NCBI GenBank assembly: GCA_951406725.2
Contig: OX597824.1
Location: forward strand, 82,584,001 to 82,648,000
Direction: 5' to 3'
Length of the DNA stretch: 64,000 bases
Origin: Octopus vulgaris
Lineage: Eukaryota
Of the stretch, positions 54,874-64,000 are shown piece by piece. A program made the translations under genes and the position numbers. The notes under the pieces were generated by a model. That model did no database searches. It was given only the letters and a program-made list of their open reading frames with translations, and was not told the DNA's origin. Positions within the stretch are counted from its first letter, which is position 1. Each line of letters starts with the position of its first letter.

Positions 54874-55340
54874 GAAATGAGGTAATCAGAAGATCGGATG
54901 GTTCATATTTATAGATATTTATTTATATATTACATTTTTTACATATATATCATATCATTCAGATCATATCATTCGGATTATTAGCACTTTCTCCCAATCC
55001 AGTGGGGTTTGATTTGAAAACCCCACTGGATTGGGAGAAAGCGCTAATAATCCGAATGATATGATCTGAATGATATGATATATATGTAAAAAATGTAATA
55101 TATAAATAAATATCTACAAATATGAACCATCCGATCTGATTACCTCATTTTTTCTAATATATATATATATATATGTATGACAGGCTTCTTTCAGTTTCCG
55201 TCTATCAAATCCACTCACAAGGCTTCGGTCGGCCCGAGGCTATAGTAGAAGACACTTGCCCAACGTGCCACGCAGTGGGACTGAACCCAGAACCACGTGG
55301 ATAGTAAGCAAGCTACTTACCTCACAGCCACCCCTGCACC
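54621..55340 (-). mobile_element. SINE family A split by a 290-bp palindrome
   Basis: Tail half at 54621-54825 and head half at 55178-55340. Confidence 0.85.
54868..55157. repeat. Near-perfect 290-bp palindrome (~140-bp arms, 7-nt loop) in (TA)n
   Basis: By eye the arms differ by about three substitutions and one 3-nt indel; centre CAGTGGGGTTT-gatttga-AAACCCCACTG. Confidence 0.95.
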
Positions 55341-55346
55341 TATATA

Positions 55347-55383
<37 letters not shown>

Positions 55384-55555
55384 GCGTTTATATGCATTTA
55401 TGTATACAACTAAATAGGTGTGTATGTGTGTATGCACTGATAAAAACTGCTGAATGTATAAATATATCAACGCATGTATCCGTGTGTGTATGTGTATATT
55501 TATATACGTGAGTGCATTCGCACGTAAGTATGTATATGTATATATGTATATACAT

Positions 55556-55586
<31 letters not shown>

Positions 55587-55717
55587 ATAATGAATCTGTG
55601 CTTGCGTATGTATATGTATATGTATACACACCCACGTGTAGTATGGTTATGTGCTTGTTAATGTGTAACTATGGCAGCATACACCTATGTTTGAATGGAT
55701 ATGTGTGTGTCTATGCT

Positions 55718-55748
<31 letters not shown>

Positions 55749-56958
55749 CTCTGCATCTGACAAGACTGTGTATCTATGTATGTGGTATGTGTATATGTGT
55801 GTGTATGAGTATGTTCATGTGTGTGTGTATGTGTTTGTGTGTGTATTTGTGTATGTGTGAGGGTATGTGTATGACAAGACTTTGTATGTGTGTGTGTGTT
55901 ATGTGTTTTTGTGGTATGTGCATATGTGTGTGTATGTTCATGTGTGTGTGTATGTGTGTGTATGTGCATGTGTGTGAGTGCATGTGTGTGTGCGTGTGTG
56001 TTTGTGTGTGGATGTGTGTGGTATGTGTACTCGCTGTATGTATGTGTGCGTGTGGAAGGTTTGAGCGAGGCGTGTATGTGTAAGTGTATGCGTGTGTGTG
56101 TGTATGACTAGTGTGTGCATATGTATGTATATATTTTTGTGGATATATGTGTGTATGTACATGTTTGTGTTTGTGTGTGTGTGTGTGTGTACGTGTGGAA
56201 GATATGTGCGTGGCGTATGTTTGTGGTGTGTGTGTGTATATATGTTTGTGTATATGTTTGTGTATGTGCATGTGTATGTGTGTGTAGTGTGTGTGCATGT
56301 GTATATGTGCATGTGTGTGTCTGTGTGTGTGTGTACGTGTGGAAGATATGTGCGTGGCGTATGTTTGTGGTGTGTGTGTATATGTTTGTGTATGTGCATG
56401 TGTATGTGTGTGTGCATGTGCGTATGTGCATGTGTGTGTGTCCTTGTGTGCATGTGTGTGCGTGTATGTGTGTGCGTGTGTGTGTGTGTGCATGTGTGTG
56501 TGCGTGTGTATGTGTGTGTGTAGACAATGCATATTCTTCGATTACTAATACGGAAAACATGTTGTGAAGAAACGTAAACAATGCTGTCGAGACATTTTTC
56601 ATTCCTTTATCATCACCTCATCCTTTTCTCCTTTCTTTTTTTTTCTCAGCCATTCACTTTCTTTCCCTCACATCTTCCTCCTACCTCCATCTCTCGTTCT
56701 TCCATTCGTCCTTTCCTCCTATATCTCCCCTTCCTCCCTTTCTCACTCACTCTCTCTCTCTCTCTTTCTGTCATTCTCTCAACACCCCCCACTCCCTCCA
56801 TATTCTATCTCTCTCTCTCCCTCTCTCCCTCTCTCCTGCTATCTCTGACTTTATGTGGCTTCTCAGCTCCATCTTTGTTTCTCAGTCTCTCTTTGTCTAT
56901 CTGGTTTTTTTACAACCTTTCTTCAATCTATCTCTACGAGTGCGCACACACACACACG

Positions 56959-56995
<37 letters not shown>

Positions 56996-56996
<1 letters not shown>

Positions 56997-57204
56997 CTCT
57001 TTTACGCTTTTACTTGTTTCAGTCATTTGACTGTGGCCATGCTGGAGCACCGCCTTTAGTCGAGCAAATCGACCCCGGGACTTATTCTTTGTAAGCCCAG
57101 ACTTATTCTATCGGTCATTTTTGCCGAACCGCTAATGGACAGGGACGTAAACACACCAGCATCGGTTGTCAAATAATGTCAGGGGGACAAACACAGACAC
57201 ACAA

Positions 57205-57235
<31 letters not shown>

Positions 57236-57404
57236 CATATATACGACAGGCTTCTTTCAGTTTCCGTCTACCAAATCCACTCACAAGGCATTGGTCGGCC
57301 CGGTGCTATAGTAGAAGACACTTGCCCACGATGCCACGCAGTGGGACTGAACCCGGAACCATGTGGTTGGTTAGCAAGCTACTTACCACACAGCCACTCC
57401 TGCG

Positions 57405-57406
<2 letters not shown>
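56996..57406 (-). mobile_element. SINE family A, full length
   Basis: Reverse complement of the family consensus. Confidence 0.9.
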
Positions 57407-57451
<45 letters not shown>

Positions 57452-57590
57452 GTTAAACAGGACGCCAAACATTAAGGCAAGGCAAATATCCCAAATCATA
57501 TACAATATTATTATAGGAAGAAATTCAAAATCTAAGCGTACCTAATCGTTTAGATCACCTCTGAACCAAACCCCCATATTTGTGTGTCTA

Positions 57591-57647
<57 letters not shown>

Positions 57648-57860
57648 TTTCTCTTGGCTCAGTCATTTTGACCGCGGCCATGCTGGAGCACCGCCTTTAG
57701 TCGAACAAATGGACCCCAGGACCTATTGTTTGTCAACCTAGTACTTATTCTGTCGGTCTCTTTTGCCGAACCGCTAAGTTACGGGGGACGTAAACACACC
57801 AGAATCGGTTGTCAAGCGATGAGCGAGGAGACAAACGCACACACACTAACACACACATAC

Positions 57861-57893
<33 letters not shown>

Positions 57894-57896
<3 letters not shown>

Positions 57897-58034
57897 CCAC
57901 TACATATTCTTTATTTTCTCTCCTTGTTTCATTCTGTGTTCCTTTCTGTGGAAGAGCGTAGGCTCGAAACGTTAAAGACATTTTCACTTCCCGAACGTTA
58001 AACTAATACATTTGTTTGTTGTCTACACCACCCG

Positions 58035-58035
<1 letters not shown>
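57894..58035 (+). mobile_element. Hammerhead-bearing element (A6U family) in the (TA)n of a partial SINE A (57650-57850)
   Basis: 57942-57977 reads CTTT-CTGTGGA-A-GAGC-gtag-GCTC-GAAAC-GTT-AAAG; homologous to 22179-22352. Confidence 0.7.
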
Positions 58036-58083
<48 letters not shown>

Positions 58084-58315
58084 CTAAACCAACATAAACA
58101 CATTTATAAAAAAAAACGTTATGCATGAGTATGCATGCTCGCAATGGCGCATGTGTGTGCACGTGTGTGCACGTGTGTGCACGTGTGTGCATACGTCCGT
58201 GTGTACGTATATATGTCGATCTGCGTGTGAGCTGTGTGTGCGCGCATACATATATACATAAATGCTTATTGCATTAGTTTACGAAATTAAAAGCCGTGCA
58301 CAAATAATTAATTAT

Positions 58316-58683
58316 ACTCTTTACTCTTTTACTTGTTTCAGTCATTTGACTGCGGCCATGCTGGAGCACCGCTTTTTAATCGAGAAACTCGACCCCGGGA
58401 CTTATTCTATCGGTCTCTTTTTGCCGAACCGCTAAGTGACGGGGACGTAAACACACCAGCATCGGTTGTCAAGCAATGCTAGGGTGACAAACACAGATAC
58501 ACAAACATACACATATATACGACGGGCTTCTTTCAGTTTCCGTCTACCAAATCCACTCACAAGGCTTTGGTCGGCCCGAGGCGATAGTAGAAGACACTTG
58601 CCCAAGGTGCCACGCAGTGGGACTGAACCCGGAACCATGTGGTTGGTAAACTAGCTACTTACCACACAACCACTCCTGCGCCT
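58316..58683 (-). mobile_element. SINE family A
   Basis: Reverse complement of the family consensus. Confidence 0.9.
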
Positions 58684-59032
58684 AATTATATCCTTGTATA
58701 ATGATTTTTTTTATCTATATACAAGAAACAGCAATAACGATGATAGTAATAATAATGATTTCAAATCTTGGCACAAGGCCAGCAATATCGGTGGGGGGTG
58801 GATAGTCGATTATGTCGATACCAGTGCTCAACTGGAACTTATTTTATCGACACCGAAAAGGATGAAAGGCAAAGTCGGTTGACCTTTACAGAATGTCAGG
58901 AAGCATTTCGCCCGGCGTGCTAATAAATCAGCCAGCTAACACCACTTAATAAGAGTTATAATAATAATAATAATAATAACAACAACAACAACAACAACAA
59001 TAACATACATACAACAACAACAACAACAACAA

Positions 59033-59109
<77 letters not shown>

Positions 59110-59136
59110 ACAACAACAACAACAACAACAACAACC

Positions 59137-59203
<67 letters not shown>

Positions 59204-59204
<1 letters not shown>

Positions 59205-59382
59205 TTTATTTATTTGCCACAAGGGCGAAAGATGAGGGGGCAATACAGAGACAGATATAAAGTGTGGGGGTTGCATATATGAAATGATAAAAAAGAAAGA
59301 CAGAAAGAAAGAAACAATAAATGTAAGAAAGAAAAAAAGAAAGAAAGAAAGGAAGGAAGAAAGAAAGAAAGGAAGGAAGGAA

Positions 59383-59420
<38 letters not shown>

Positions 59421-59449
59421 AAGAAAGAAAGAAAGAAAAAAGGAAGGAA

Positions 59450-59507
<58 letters not shown>

Positions 59508-60200
59508 AAAAGAAAGAAAGAAAGAAAGAAAGGAGGGAAGGAAGGAAGGAAGGAAGGAAGGAAGGAAGGAAGAATACCCTGAAAAAAGGAACATATGCAT
59601 AGCATACAAAGGTTTCAAAAAAAGCGGGGCGAGGAGGATGATAGTGATGTGGCCCTCCTGATACAGGAAGGCCTCTAGGGATAATCGAGGAACCCCACTG
59701 TCCGAGATTTCCCTGAAACCCCAAGCGCAAGTGCCCTCTCCAATTCCTTCTCTCTGACTCACAGGTCTACACTTAGAGATGTACCATCCACTCTCGCAAC
59801 TTTCACCCACCTTTCAAAAAACTCAATCGAGGACAGCTTTTCCCTCTCCACTCTCAATTTCCTTTTCAAGTGAAAGTTGAAGAAGTCAATGAGAGCTCTA
59901 CCAAAGAGGAATGTATCTGTCCTCATGCCTTTCAGTCCTGTTCACCAGACCTGTTTTGCCACAGCCACCAGGCAAAGGAAAACTGTCTTGCTTGCCCGTT
60001 TGAAGGAGCGCGGCGATGCGACCATCAGTACAGACTCGGCCACCAGCCGGATCCGTCCCAAACGGGACAGCAGCTATTCAACATAACCCCACAAGTCAAC
60101 AATGCTCGGACACTGAATGAGGGCGTGCAGAACGGCTTCGTCACTCTACGCACACTTCGGACAAACCCAACACAGAGAATATCCGTGCCTGTAGAGTTTT
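59204..60200 (-). mobile_element. Tx1/L1-type LINE 3' end (zf-RVT C-terminus at 59759-60200; 3' UTR interrupted by (GAAA)n)
   Basis: KLYRHGYSLCWVCPKCA*SDEAVLHALIQCPSIVDLWGYVE...HLKRKLRVEREKLSSIEFFERWVKV; tail ends CCCTTGTGGCAAATAAATAAAA. Confidence 0.85.
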
Positions 60201-61300
<1,100 letters not shown>

Positions 61301-61773
61301 AAACCCAAGGTTAACCAGACACTCCCCTCCAATTCCTTTTCAAGACAGCAGACGAGATTTCAGTAAAGATTATCAAGGAAAATATAAACTCTAAATAATG
61401 AGGACTTTCACATTATTCCCTATTTTCAAAGCTGAAATTAAAGATCTGATTCAATTCTTTGCTCTACCAAGAGAATAGCTATTCCGAAAGTCCTCATTAC
61501 ACCCGTTTCGGGACAAGTTTACCAACAGTAAATAAAGAAAATGCTGTCTATAATAGGAAAGCGCCTATGGTTATGTACCAAGTAAGCATTTAGGACAGTA
61601 GCGTGACTCCGACCCGGTACAGCAGCCTATTCTAACATGACAGGTATAACAGCGGAAAGAAATACAAGGACGAGAGTTGTAATTGACGCCACACTTTATT
61701 CCCCTAATGAAAGGTACAGCATTGGTACATTTCAATGAGTCAAAAAAGACGAATCGGTTTCTCATGCAGCTAG

Positions 61774-61968
61774 ATTCTTGGTGATGTGTGCTTGACCACA
61801 CGGAAGACAACAACACGTCAAGGCTCTCTGCAAAATAGCTCTCCTCTCTGCGAATCCGAACTTAGTGTTTCCTCTACACTAAGATTTCTTGATCAGGGGC
61901 TCAGAACAAACATAATCATCCCCGCTAGGCTGTTTGATGGGTCTGAATATTTCTCGACCACTTGTCAG
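61774..61968 (+). CDS. Candidate 195-nt exon, unknown product (ILGDVCLTTRK...RLFDGSEYFSTTCQ)
   Basis: Acceptor tttctcatgcagctAG, strong donor CAG|gtaagt, open phase 0-0; lies in a low-quality region. Confidence 0.2.
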
Positions 61969-62319
61969 GTAAGTCAAGTCACTTGTAGAAAACACGCGTA
62001 AGAGCCGTATAACACACGTACAAGACAAATAAAAGGTTATTTTGCTGACAGGGCGCTAACAATAATAACATTGTATATTGTCCCCCTCCCCAATATCGCT
62101 TGACAACCGATGTTGGTGTGTTGTGACTTGACGCAGGTTCGTTAGAGATAGACAGACAGACAGACCGACAGACAAAGAATAGATGGGGTCGAAGCTCGAC
62201 TAAAGGCGGTGAAGCAGACTGGAAGAAGCTACAGTAAAAGAATAAAAGAATAATATTGATAGATAGCCAATTAGAAATTGATCAAATCCTTCAGAAGTGG
62301 ATGGCAGACAGGAGTGGTA

Positions 62320-62681
62320 GAAGAAGAAGACTTGAAAGAAGAAGAAGTGGTAGAAGAAAGAAAAGAAGAAGATAAAGAAGAAGAAGAAGAAGAAGAAGAA
62401 GAAGAAGAAGAAGAAGAAGAAGAAGAAGAAGAAGAAGAAGAAGAAGAAGAAGAAGAAGAAGAAGAAGAAGAAATGAAGAAGAAGAAGAAGAAGAAGAAGA
62501 AAAAATGAAGAAGAAGAAGAAGGAGAAGAAGAAGAAGAAGAAGAAGAAGAAGAAAGAAGAAGAAGAAGAAGAAGAAGAAGAAGAAGAAGAAGAAGAAGAA
62601 GAAGAAGAAGAAGAAGAAGAAGAAGAAGAAGAAGAAGAAGAAGAAGAAGAAGAAGAAGAAGAAGAAGAAGAAGAAGAAGAA
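62320..62681. repeat. (GAA)n microsatellite
   Basis: Direct observation. Confidence 0.95.
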
Positions 62682-63685
62682 CGGTGTTACTTCTTGTTTC
62701 CCTTTACTTGTTAATTAGAAGTCTTTCTCTGTCCTCTAGTCTCTCTCTAGATTAGATTTTGTCGAGTTTTACATAATTTGCGTCTAGTTGCGACGACGGG
62801 GGGGGGGGGGGGTATCTCATTTATCATTTTTCTGCGTGCGTCGATTTTTAGAATAAAAAAAGAAAACAAATCAGTTTTGAAAATATCTTCTTTTAGCCGA
62901 GTTTCAAAACAAAAGGTTAACCAGACACTCCCCTACAACAAACAAGAAACATTTCCACAGATTAGCAGACGAGATTTCCAGTAAAGATTATCAAGGAAAA
63001 TATAAACATTTACTTTTAAAATAATGAGGTATAAATTTTCACATATTATTGACAACCATTTTTTTTTTAAATTTACTAAAGCATTAGTAAATATGATACA
63101 TTGATCTTTGATTCAATTCTTTGCCCTTTTCTTCTCTATTATAGCTAATATTAATATTCCGAAAAGTCTGCCCGTATTTTTCACATTCTTTAATAAATAT
63201 AATATTATTTACTAATTCTTTAGAAGTAAATAAAGAAAATTTGACTGTCTATAATAGAAAGCGCCTGTATGATTTATGTACCTGGTGTTTTAAGCATTTA
63301 GAAGTTGGTGCGTGACTCTGACCCTGGTAAATGTGTTTCCCTGGTTCTAAATGAGTCAGGTATAACAGCGGAAAGAAATACAAGGACGAGAGTTGTAATT
63401 GACTGCCACACTTTATTCAAACGCCTAATGAAAGGTACAGCAAAGTTGGTACAAAAAAAAAAAAAAACAACACACACACAAATAAAACAACAACACAAAA
63501 AAAAAAAAAAAAAATCCAAAAAAACACCCACACAAAGACAAAAAAACAAACACAAGAAGAACAAACAAACATCCCGCGCTAAAAAGAAACAAAAAAACTA
63601 AGACAACAACACACAAAACACATAAAAACACACAACACAAATAACAACACACACTACAAACACAAAAAAGAAAACACAACACACA

Positions 63686-63723
<38 letters not shown>

Positions 63724-63790
63724 CACACACACATATACACACACAGATACACACACAGAGACACAGACACAGACAGACACAGACAGACAC

Positions 63791-63843
<53 letters not shown>

Positions 63844-63850
63844 GATAGAC

Positions 63851-63965
<115 letters not shown>

Positions 63966-64000
63966 TAGATAGACTAGACTAGACAGACAGAAGACAGACA

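Overview
AT-rich, extremely microsatellite-dense eukaryotic DNA. The tRNA-derived SINE families and the (TA)n/(TACA)n/(TTA)n/(CAT)n load point to an octopus (coleoid cephalopod) genome; this is an inference. I recognise no intact protein-coding gene. Nearly all long ORFs in the track are translations of simple repeats or SINEs, so the window is most likely intronic or intergenic, with a few unique islands carrying splice-site-like signals. Recognisable content: decayed DNA transposons (two mariners, Tc1, pogo/Tigger and hAT MITEs, a nested Helitron), four different R4/Dong LINE 3' ends stacked in (TAA)n, a Tx1-like LINE 3' end, a fragmented Penelope-like reverse transcriptase and about 30 SINE copies of several families. 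The most notable signal is a set of short (~150-500 bp) non-coding elements carrying minimal type-I hammerhead ribozyme motifs, two families of which have recurrent non-canonical catalytic cores (A6U, U4C). They sit in (TA)n/(CA)n tracts, often the internal microsatellite of one SINE family. The last ~3.8 kb looks like a duplicated, chimeric assembly consensus.
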